A stretch of DNA of 48,911 bases from Octopus bimaculoides (lineage: Eukaryota), in the NCBI RefSeq assembly GCF_001194135.2, contig NC_068995.1, forward strand, positions 16,365,019 to 16,413,929, read 5' to 3'. Shown here piece after piece: positions 38,800 through 48,387 of the stretch; position 1 is the first letter of the stretch; each line of letters begins with the position of its first letter. The translations under genes and the position numbers were made by a program. A model generated the notes under the pieces. That model had not been told where the DNA came from. It worked only from the letters and a program-made list of their open reading frames with translations, and ran no database searches.

Positions 38800-38971
38800 G
38801 GCACTCCATCAGTTACAATGATGAATCTTCCAGTTAATCTGATCATCAGAACAGTTTGCTCATGAGCAATGTGAAATAAATTGTCTTGCTCAAGGACACA
38901 ACACACCATCGAGAATCAAATTTACAATGTTACGAGCTGGAGACCCTAGCCACTAAGCCACAGGCCTTCAC
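38800..38971 (-). mobile_element. Internally deleted CORE-like SINE
   Basis: The family D tail tip (ggcactccatcagttac) is joined directly to core and head (gagcaatgtgaaataaattgtcttgctcaaggacacaac...ctaagccacaggccttcac). Confidence 0.55.
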
Positions 38972-38990
38972 TGCAATATGCAGTATATTT

Positions 38991-39144
38991 GTATTATATA
39001 CATTATTTACATTTAATGGATATTTGTCCTCATCATGTTTGTTGTTTACACAACGTTTCGACTGATATACCCTCCAGCCTTCATCAGGTGTCTTGGGGAA
39101 ATTTCGAACTTGGATTCTCATTCCTAAGGTAATTTTTGATGTTG

Positions 39145-39192
<48 letters not shown>

Positions 39193-39261
39193 TCACTGCC
39201 TGGAGTGAAACTCGGAATCTTGGGGTTAGTAGCCTGTGCTCTTAACCACTACACAATATGC
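38991..39261 (-). mobile_element. tRNA-headed, hammerhead-bearing retroposon (SINE/retrozyme-like), left copy
   Basis: Minus strand: A-box-like TTGTGTAGTGG, degenerate B-box GAGTTTCACTCC, (AAT)n, linker, hammerhead, tail. Inverted copy of 39312-39560. Confidence 0.75.
39047..39092 (-). ncRNA. Minimal type I hammerhead ribozyme motif, intact core
   Basis: Minus strand reads gacac-CUGAUGA-a-ggcug-gaggguauau-caguc-GAAA-c-gu-u-gugu. Helix I ACAC/GUGU; 5-bp helix II with one G.U; palindromic AACGUU helix III; GUU cleavage triplet. Confidence 0.72.
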
Positions 39262-39311
39262 CTGTGGGCACATGATGTAGTGGTTAAGAATGTGGGCTAT
39301 TAACCCCACGT

Positions 39312-39583
39312 GCATATTGCGTAGTGGTTAAGAGCACGAGCTACTGACCCCAAGATTCCGAGTTCGATTACAGGCAGTGACTAGAATAATAATAATAATG
39401 ATAATAACATTAAACAATGCTTTAGGAATGAGATCCCAGGTTTGAAATTTCCCCAAGACACCTAATGAAGGCTGGAGGGTATATCAGCCGAAACGTTGTG
39501 TTAACAACAAACAAAACGAGGACAAATATCCGTCAAATGTAAATAATGTACATAATTCCTCATCTCTTAAATATAGAACTGTA
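39312..39583 (+). mobile_element. tRNA-headed, hammerhead-bearing retroposon, right copy
   Basis: A-box TTGCGTAGTGG (39317-39327), B-box GAGTTCGATTA (39360-39370), (AAT)n, linker, hammerhead motif, 3' tail ending ...cttaaatatagaactgta. Confidence 0.75.
39457..39502 (+). ncRNA. Hammerhead ribozyme motif with G5A core substitution (probably inactive)
   Basis: gacac-CUAAUGA-a-ggcug-gaggguauau-cagcc-GAAA-c-gu-u-guguu. Same architecture as the minus copy, but CUGAUGA reads CUAAUGA (A at 39464). Confidence 0.65.
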
Positions 39584-40294
39584 TTATATGTAGTATATAT
39601 CAGAGCCAATCGATATTGGAAATACAACCTTCTTAAAAAAGATGGAGTGGTCATGGCTAGATTGTCTTTGATCTAGGTCTACTTGATCAGATTTTATCAT
39701 CATGTTCTCAGCGTCATCTCTTTGTTAGTTTTGTAATCATGCTGGCTTGAACCACCATACACTGGAAAGTGAGTCAAAGCTGTTTTTGTTGTTTAGCTTT
39801 GATCAGCCCTATGTGAGTAGGCCTATGGTTTTGGAGATATCTAGTTGAATGTCTGCATGAAACCCACAAATTCAGCATTCTACAATATTCTATTGCATAG
39901 TCTGACATCCTGTAGTGTATCATGTTCATGTTTTGCCCTGAGACAGCCTCGATCATGCAGATCTGTAAGCAGTTGACATTCCAGTCATGGCTCCCCAACT
40001 TATTTATTTTTTCAGGCAAAACACATCTTAATCAACATTATCAAACATGTCCTGCCTATATTTGAATTACAAATAGTATAATATAATCGATTTTTAGCTG
40101 CTGTTTCTTGCAGGTTAAGAGGCTCCTAAGAGGCTCTCATATTGCTCTTTACATTTATCATGTTGATGTTTGAATTGGTGCTGCTGCTGCTGGTGGTGGT
40201 GATCGCATGGCCTTCATCATTGTTCTTCTTTACATCTACTCTTGTCTCATTTTAGTGTTCTCTTCTCTCATTTTAGTGTTCTCTTCTCTTTCAG

Positions 40295-40465
40295 CCTATG
40301 CAAAACATTTAACGACAAGTTGAAGACCATGCTGGAAGATGTTACACCGTACCTGAATGCAGAAGGGGAAACATCTAACTCGCAGCCAAGCCCCTTTGAC
40401 CAGTTAGCTGACAGTCCAGAAATAAAGGGGTTTGTCAAGAAATCTACAGAGAACTGTATAATTCA
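40295..40465 (+). CDS. COG1: COG1 internal coding exon (6th)
   Basis: Acceptor ctcttctctttcag|C, donor CA|gtaagg, 171 nt, phase 2/2. Encodes LCKTFNDKLKTMLEDVTPYLNAEGETSNSQPSPFDQLADSPEIKGFVKKSTENCII, resembling COG1 FCSALDSKLKVKLDDLLAYL...AFDRYADA. Confidence 0.92.
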
Positions 40466-40875
40466 GTAAGGAACTAGTTTTGATTACTTTCGTCTACAAT
40501 TCTTTTTAATTACAGAAAATATTTCATTAACCTTTAGCTCACTTAAGTGCATCATGGTACCATATGAGTTTTCTCCCCTATAACTGCAGGTGCATTGTGC
40601 CGTATTGAGATTATTTTTCATGTTTGCAAGGCATGGCTCTGTGGTTAAGAAGTTTGCTTCTCAGCCATGTTTTTTCAAGTTCAATCCTACTGCATGGTAC
40701 CTACCTTAGCCAAGTGTCTTCTACTATACCCATGGTTCAACCAAAACAGTGTGAGTAGATTTAGTAGATGGAGACTAAAACTAGTGCATTGTGTGTGAAT
40801 GTGTGTATGTGCTCCAACATGGCCACAGCCTTAGGACTGAAATATATAAAAGAACGTGTATATATGTATGTATGT

Positions 40876-41160
40876 GTGAAGGCATTTGGCTTAGTGGTTA
40901 GGGTATTCGGCTCACAATCGCAACATCATGAGTTCAATTCCCAGTGACATGTTGTGTCCTTGAGCAAGACATTTTATTTCACATTGCTCCAGTTCACTCA
41001 TCTGACAAAAATGAGTAGTACCTGTATTTCAAAGGGCCAGCCTTGTCACACTCTGTGTCATGCTGAATCTCCCTGAGAACTACATTAAGGGTACATGTGT
41101 CTGTGGAGTGCTCAGCCACTTGCATGCTAATTCCACGAGAAGGCTGTTCCATTGATCGTG
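40876..41160 (+). mobile_element. CORE-like tRNA SINE family D
   Basis: Same head, core and tail as 8604-8850; tail shared with 16038-16215. Confidence 0.75.
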
Positions 41161-42019
41161 CAGCAACATGATGCATCTACAGCATGCAAAAGGTTAATAA
41201 GTTGAAGCTTTGGCTCAATTTTTTTGTTGCTACTGGTGCTTCTTAGCTTCGGATCAGTCCTGACCAAAGGCATTCTGACTGTAATCATACTGTATTTTAT
41301 TTAGATATATTTCTAGAATTATATTATCCAATGTGACCTGCTGATTGTTTTATGTAGTAGAGTGTGATTTGAAGAAGATTTGCCTGCTTTCTTCCTAGCA
41401 GCCCAAGAAGCTATGTAGTGGCTCTGTTAGGTTACTCATGGTATTCACAGTGCTGTTATATGATGTTTGAACAGCTAAGAATCTGTAAGGTTCTACGGTT
41501 TTCCAGTCGAGTCTTAACCCTACTACTCCTTCAATCAGTCATAGGTCAGGTCAGTTAGAACTTGGCTGGGATGAAATATGAACAACTGCAACTTTGTCAT
41601 CAATTGTTGATGAGAGAGCTTCTATGTGGTCAGCTGATTTGCTAGAAATAGTCGCAAAAATCATCTTCAAATTAAACCCTACTCCCTTAAATGAAAAGGC
41701 AAGACGCAATTGATGATGTAGTTCTAGATATTACTATAAGATGGTGAATTAGAAGAATCATTCACATGTCTTACAAAGTGCTTTGTGGCATTTATTTCAG
41801 GTCTTAGAATGTTCTGAGACCAAATCCTATTGATGCCAAATTCATCTTTCATCCTTCTGTGATCAATACAATAAAGTACCAATCCAGGACGATGGATTAG
41901 CAGAATACTTAAAGCATCAAATACAATACCTTGTAGTCTGTTCCTGCTCTTATACATTCTAAGTTCTGAAGCAGGCGTAACGAGTTTGTCCCTATGTAAC
42001 TGACAAAATACCTACTTAA

Positions 42020-42239
42020 CCCTTTAGAATTCAGACTACTCTGTTAAATTTATTGCTGATTAATTTGCATTGTTTTGAATTAATCATGCATTATCTTGTA
42101 ACTTTGATATTGCACTGATGTGATTGTATATTTTTAGAATAAAATTGTAAGGTAGTTGTAAGAGGCTTGATTCTGACAGTTTGGACATACAATTGGTAGA
42201 ATATTTGGGCTGGATGTGGCTAGTTCAAATGCTTAAGTG
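42020..42239. mobile_element. piggyBac-type MITE
   Basis: TTAA-CCCTTTAG at left (42016-42027), degenerate AAGTG-TTAA at right. Body homologous to 3960-4155. Confidence 0.65.
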
Positions 42240-42439
42240 TTAAGCACTTGTTTCCCGATAAAGTCTAGGCTGTCAATAACATTTCTTCACTGTTCCTAAC
42301 TCTGGGCTGCCTTTTCTGTTTCTTTTCAGCTGGGTCCCAGCTTTTCCTTGCAGCTTCTGTTCAGATTTTGCTACATCACATGATAGGTTTTCCTGGAAGG
42401 TTTTTCTCTCCCTGTTCTTGTTGGTTTTGAATTGTCATC

Positions 42440-42650
42440 AATGCTTTAGTAACTTAGCTTTTTTGGGGTGGGGAGGGCTGTTAGCCCTATGCACTATGCA
42501 GAGAAGTGGGTCTGTTAGTTTGGCCTGTACTCTTTGAGATGTCCAGCAATCCAGCATGGGAGACCCTACCATGAGCTTGCACTCCACTGGTGTGGCTCTC
42601 ACCACACCGCAACAAAGATATCATCTTGCGGTGAAGCCAACAAGATAATA
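42440..42650 (-). mobile_element. RTE-clade LINE 5' UTR fragment
   Basis: Minus strand has gagagccacaccagtggagtgcaagctcatggtagggtctcccatgctgg...agggctaacagccc, which I recognise as the conserved RTE/Expander-type 5' UTR (GGTAGGGTCTCCCATG motif). From memory, not searched. Confidence 0.55.
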
Positions 42651-44049
42651 TAAAACATCTGAAAGAAGGAAACAAGAAGGGATCTTTGTATTCCCCTTGG
42701 AAGTCATTCGTTGGCTGCGATTCATTATCCTGATGGAAAGCAAGGTAGATACATCATGTTAGAATGAATTGATCCCCCAATAATTATCATTTTTTTTTTT
42801 TTTTTAAGCCTGGTATTTATTCTATCATCCCTTTTGCTGAATTGCAAATTTACGGGGATGTAACCATGCTAACACTGGTTGTGAAGCAGTGGTGGGGGAC
42901 AAATACAAAGATGCACACACACACACACACACACATGAGCTTTTTCCAGATTCTTTCTACCTAATCCAGTCACATTGGATGGAGCAAGGAAGATATATCG
43001 TGGAGTGGCTATGGTTGGAATGCTTTCGAATATCACTGAATACAATCAGGGTACACCTGGGACTTAAACAAGAACACAAACTGAAAAAGCAGTCCCAGCC
43101 TATACTGTCTCAGAAACCACCTTAGTCTTTTTCTGATGCTTCATTATTTCTGAATTCAACATGATGTTACCTTAGCTTTGCTATGAAATATAGTTTTGAT
43201 CCATTAATCTATTGCTACCAAAAGACAAAAGCACTATTTTTTTTTCTTCTTGAAATATTTTTGCTGTATTTTATGATTTTTATTATCTTTTTCTTTCTTT
43301 TTTTTCTTTTTTTTTCAATATTTTGGCTCTTTTGTTTACTTGGTGTAAGCATCGAGAAAAGACTTGGCTGAAGCCAGAGTTATTTAATAAATTATACAAT
43401 TCCCTAAGGACATTAAGTCACTTATTTAATAGTTCTGAATTATTTCTGTCGAACAAATATGCCAGAGAGAATTTTGTGTGGTTGCAGTGTTACTTGCTGA
43501 AAGAGAAGAGAAAATTTGAATGTATTTTGATATTTTGATACTTTTCTTTTAGTTTTATCATCATCATCATCATCATCGTCATCATCACGTGGTTTTGAAC
43601 ACTTCTGAAGACAGTTTTAGTTCACATGGAGGGGAGTCTTTAACTTAATATCTTCTTCCTCACCGACTAATCACCTTCCAGTGATCTAAATGTTAAATAT
43701 AATCTTTCACACAGTCAGATTTGGTCTCAAATAAAATCATATTTGCTGTTTTTGTTGTTGTTGTTATTGTTGTTGTAGTGGTTTATGAGGTGTAGTGGTG
43801 GCAGTGATTTTTAAGGTTATGCAGTCTTCTTCGACTAACTGAATAGTTCCACATTCAAAGCCTTGTTTCAGATATTTGTTGCTGTTATTCCTGTACCTGT
43901 TGTTTCACCCAAAATGGATTGGCTGAGTTGTTAGAGGATCAGATTAAATGTTTTGTGTCTCTTGGTTCTTACTCTTTCTGGATTTTGAGTTCAAATCTCA
44001 CCTAGGGTAATTTTGCCTTATCCTTTTGGAGTTGATAAAATAAAGTAAC

Positions 44050-44358
44050 TGTGGTGTATGCGTGCGAGTAGAAGTAATCGGCTTACCTCGGTTTCCTTCC
44101 TTTGCACGAGTCTGTCCTGCGGAATCCGATCCTCGCGGCTGGCCCCACCTGAAGAACACTAGAAATAGCAGCTGCTTCTCCCAACACCTAGACGATCGCT
44201 TGTCACGTCCTCTCCTCACAACAACCCTGTTCGAAAAGGGCACAAAATCCCGATTGAGGCTCCCTCGGCCCTTCTTCCTCTTCCGGTCAGCTCGCTGTTC
44301 CGGTCAGTTCACGGTTCCGGTCAGCGGTCAGCTCCCCAGTTGCTGACGTCATACCACA
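44050..44358. mobile_element. Solo LTR (309 bp) of an LTR retrotransposon
   Basis: Begins TGTGGTGTATG and ends CATACCACA (TG...CA with short terminal inverted repeat). Flanked by an exact 5-bp duplication GTAAC (44045-44049 and 44359-44363). GC- and CpG-rich relative to flanks; interrupts a SINE. Confidence 0.8.
44344..44351. promoter_or_regulatory. Perfect CRE palindrome TGACGTCA inside the solo LTR
   Basis: Exact motif 7 bp from the LTR end, beside three TTCCGGTCAG repeats (CCGGAA, ETS-type core, on the minus strand). Function not shown. Confidence 0.35.
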
Positions 44359-44605
44359 GTAACATTCCAGGGTAGTGTGGATTGGCAGAATTGTCAGAGC
44401 ATCAGAGGGACTGCTTTACAGTATCCATTCTGTTTCTTTGTGTGTTTTGAGTTGAATATGATTGGTTAAGCTCTTGAAGTTGGTGACCAGACACCACTTG
44501 CAATCCAGTAACTGAAATCAGTAAAAGATTGGTGTGGCCAGTTGAGTTGGTTGATACCATCTGAAGTTATCAAACATCTACTTTATAAACTGTCAAAAGG
44601 AAACA

Positions 44606-44646
<41 letters not shown>

Positions 44647-45730
44647 TCTTATGTGCATGCACACAGATGTTTATGCTTGATCACTCACACCAACATGCAT
44701 ATGTACACACAAAAAGAAATAAAGCTGAGCTGAGTTTTTTTTATTTTTATTTCCCATGAGGCTTAACCTTTACTGTATCGATTCAATTTTTTGCATATCA
44801 GCTGGTGATGTAACTCTAATTATATGGAAATCTTTTCTTGCAACCTCTTTCTATTGGGTAGGCAAAATAATATATGCATATAAGCACAGGAGTGGTTGTG
44901 TAGTAAGAACTTGCTTACCAACCACATGGTTCTGGGTTCAGTCCCACTATGTGACACCTTGGGCAAGTGTCTTCTACTATAGCCTCAAGCCGCCCAAGCT
45001 GGTAAACAGAAACTGAAAGAAGCCTATCATATATGTGTGTGCATGTGTGTCTGTGTGTACACACACACGCCCGTGTTTTCTGCGATGATTTGATAAGCAG
45101 TGCTGAATTTTACAATTCTGTAAATAATAGTATTTGTTTATAAGCTTATTTCATAGTGATCACTTACAAGCTTTAAGCTTATGGAAAAAACAAATATTAT
45201 TATTCACGGTGATTGCTTATAAGCTAAAGCTCATCAAAAAATATTATTATTTACAGGATATATATGTTTGTGTATTTGTGTCTGTTTGTCCCCTGCCACT
45301 GCTTGACAACCAGTATTGGTGTGTTTATACCCCTACAACTTAGTGGTTCAGCAAAAAAGAATGATAGAATAAGTACCAGGCTTAAAAAAATAAATATGAC
45401 TAAAACTTCCTCAAGGCGGTGCTGCAGCATGGCCACGGTTTAGTGACTGAAACAAGTAGAAGATAAAAGATACTATGCCATATGAAGTGTGTAGAATCCC
45501 GGAAAGTACTCCACTACCAAAGGCAAGTCACCTTGGTTACCAGATCTCAAGTGCACACGTATGGAACTGAGTGTACTTGTTTCACATCCAGTAAGGGTTA
45601 ATTAAAGCTGAAGAAGTATTCGAGAGGAATTATGAGACACTATATCCAGGATTGCAGAGGTCCAAGCCAGCTACAAAACCTAGTTTTCAGCAGCACATCA
45701 GTTGTAGTATTACTGATAATGTGTTGTTAG

Positions 45731-45887
45731 TGGCTGTGTGGTAAGTAGCTTGCTTACCAGCCACATGATCTCGGTTTCAGTCCCACTGTGTGGCACCTTG
45801 GGCAAGTGTCTTCTACTATAGCCTCGGGCCTACCAGAGCCGTGTGAGTGGATTTGGTAGACGGAAACTGAAAGAAGCCCGTCGTATA

Positions 45888-45953
<66 letters not shown>

Positions 45954-46175
45954 TGTGTGTGTATATGTTTGTGTCTGTGTATGTCCCCCCAATATCGTTT
46001 GACAACCGATGCTGGTGTGTTTAGGTCCCCGTAACTTAGCTGTTCGGCAAAAGGGACCGATAGAATAAGTACTAGGCTTACAAAGAATAAGTCTTGGGGT
46101 CGATTTGATTCGACTAAAGGCGGTACTCCAGCATGGCCGCAGTCAAATGACTGAAACAAGTAAAAGATTAAAAGA
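45731..46175 (+). mobile_element. Composite SINE family B (tRNA-like head, internal TA/TG microsatellite, second module), most intact copy
   Basis: Head tggctgtgtggtaagtagcttgct...gtttcagtccc...ccttgggcaagtgtc; microsatellite at about 45884-45970; tail gacaaccgatgctggtgtg...ctccagcatggccgcagtcaaatgactgaaacaagtaaaag. Confidence 0.8.
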
Positions 46176-46703
46176 ATCCTTTAGATAGCAACCTGTGTGA
46201 AACTACCCAGGGTTCTATGATGCAACTACATTTTAAAGTGATCTAAACTGAAATGTTCTGTCAAGATTTCATGTTGATTTATGTTGTGTACCCCATTTGA
46301 TTAGCTTGGTTGAGTTATACAAGAAAATAATGTGGAACAAGAGTGTGTCAGTATATTGCTTATTTGGCTTTAATCAACTACAATGTGAGGGTGAGTACGA
46401 TTGGCCAGCTAAATCCCCAGACTCCATTCCTGCCTTACCATAAGTCCCTTCTCTCTGCGGACCCGTTTACAAGCTAGCCTGCAATGAAGTTCCTGTCTAT
46501 AGTTCAGCTGTTATCAGCCCATTGGCAGTGCCCTGTTTCAAAATTATTTTAATAAATTCTTCATTATTTTCAAAATTAATTGAAAAAAAGGTAGTGTAAT
46601 TTAACAAAAATTTAGTAATGAAATGGTTAATTCATGTTTATTTATTTATCTATTTATGTTTGTTTTTTTTTTTTATTCTCTCTCTGTCACACACACACTC
46701 TAG

Positions 46704-46796
46704 GGTCCTGGAGTATATCAGTGGACAAATGCAGCTATGGAAGAAGTCTCTTGAAGAAATACAAGACAAAATCACTAATGAAATCACCATTAACAA
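46704..46796 (+). CDS. COG1: COG1 internal coding exon (7th)
   Basis: Acceptor cacactctag|G, donor AA|gtaagg, 93 nt, phase 2/2. Encodes VLEYISGQMQLWKKSLEEIQDKITNEITIN, placed where COG1 has IVDCIRAELQSIEE. Frame continuous with the previous exon. Confidence 0.8.
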
Positions 46797-47151
46797 GTAA
46801 GAAGAATTTGTTGTGGGGGTTGAGTTCCTTGCCTAACCTTTCCTTTCAGATTTCTGGACTTGTGCCTATGTTCATGACAGCTACTTTTGTAATTATTACG
46901 ATTGCTATTATTACTTTAGTAATTGTAATAATTATTACTAAAGATGGCAGAATTAGCATGTTGGACAAAATATTGAGAGGCGTTTCTTTGAGATCTTTAT
47001 GGTCTGTGTTCAGATTCTATCAAGGTCAAGTTTGACTTTCATCGTTTTTGGGGACTGATAAAATATGTACCAGTCAAGGACTGGGGTTGGTGCCACTGAC
47101 CTGCTCCTTCGTCTCAAAACTGTTGGCCTTCTGCCAAAATTAGAAAAGATT

Positions 47152-47756
47152 ATTGAGGTCTGATCAAAAAGTATCAGGACTGATGCTAGAAAAAGAAAAC
47201 TACGAAACATATCAATTCAGCATTTAATCTTCTTTGAAGTGGTCTCCTTCTGAAGCCACCCACTTTATCCAGCATCATTTCTGTTGATGGAAGCATTCCT
47301 GGAACTTCTGTTTTGGAATAATGAGCTGCTACCTTGTGATATTCACTTGGATTTCCTGAACATCTTGCAATCCAATCTTGTTGGGGTCGTCCAGTGCAAA
47401 GACTGAGCCTTGGTTTTGAGGTCGTCCACTGCAAAGACTGAGCCCTGGTTTTGGGGTCATAGCCAAAGGTTAACTATTCGTTCTATTTTATGACCGTTTC
47501 AAGAAGTTTTTGTCTTCTTCAATACAATCAAAGAGATCCCGTGTAACTGAATCTCAATCTTCTTTTTGAGATGACTGCAGTCTACACACTCTACTTCCAG
47601 ACACTACTGTAAACAATGGAAGTGGGTGAGAAAGTTATAACTTAGTGTGCATGTGCAACAGAGTTCAAGGTCAATCTGAGCCAAGTGGCTTGACTCTGCA
47701 TACTTCCGTTCTGTTACCATAGCAACGGTCTTGATACTTCTTGATTAGACCCCGTA
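47152..47756 (-). mobile_element. Internally deleted mariner (Tc1/mariner) relic with TIRs
   Basis: About 30-bp TIRs (TGAGGTCTGATCAAAAAGTATCAGGACTG at left; reverse complement TACGGGGTCTAATCAAGAAGTATCAAGACCG at right, ending in TA). Minus-strand remnants DLFDCIEEDKNFLK..VI...E...FGYDPKTRAQSLQW and QKFQECFHQQK*CWIKWVASEGDHFKE match the mariner first-D region and C-terminus. Confidence 0.85.
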
Positions 47757-48387
47757 TGTCAATCACCACCATTACAAATTCCACATTTACAAACGTTGTT
47801 CCTTGTTTTCTAAATGAATCACCTTCAATCCCACTACAACCACCAGTACTACTACAAACCATTAATACCACTACACATACCACTGTAATCAACAGCATTT
47901 CCTTCTACAAGCATAATCTCTTGCCATCAATACTGTCTCTCAACACCTATGCACTGGCTCTGGAACGAAATTTGCTTAGGGAGTGCACACCCAGGCCCCA
48001 AATTTTTATATGCATTTTTTTTTTATTTATGTTCTGTGTTCTTTGTGAAGAAACCTAATGCAATGTACTTTTAACAGATCACTTTTTACTCATTATTTTC
48101 TAAACGTGAGAAGAGTAAGTAGGTTTATTCCCAGGGGTCCATGCACCTATGCAGCTGTCACCAGTGATACTACAATTGGTGACACTAGCTCTCTATTCTA
48201 CTGCAGCAACTACCATCCCTACATCTTGCATACAAGTATCAACATTGCCATCATCACTACCACCACCATTGTCACCTGTTGCCAGTACCAGCTATCATAC
48301 CTGTCGTCACCAACACTATTACCTGTGTCGTCACCAACACTATTACGTGTGTCATCACCACAGCCCCATTTCAACTCCTGTCTCCAG

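Noticed and set aside
38991-39583. CRISPR-like or prokaryotic system
   Set aside because: No regular repeat-spacer array, operon or bacterial-type genes anywhere in the window; the context is a spliceosomal intron.
43998-44346. GC-rich ORFs (81 and 94 aa)
   Set aside because: They lie in the solo LTR; stop-poor because of GC content, with no gag or pol motifs.
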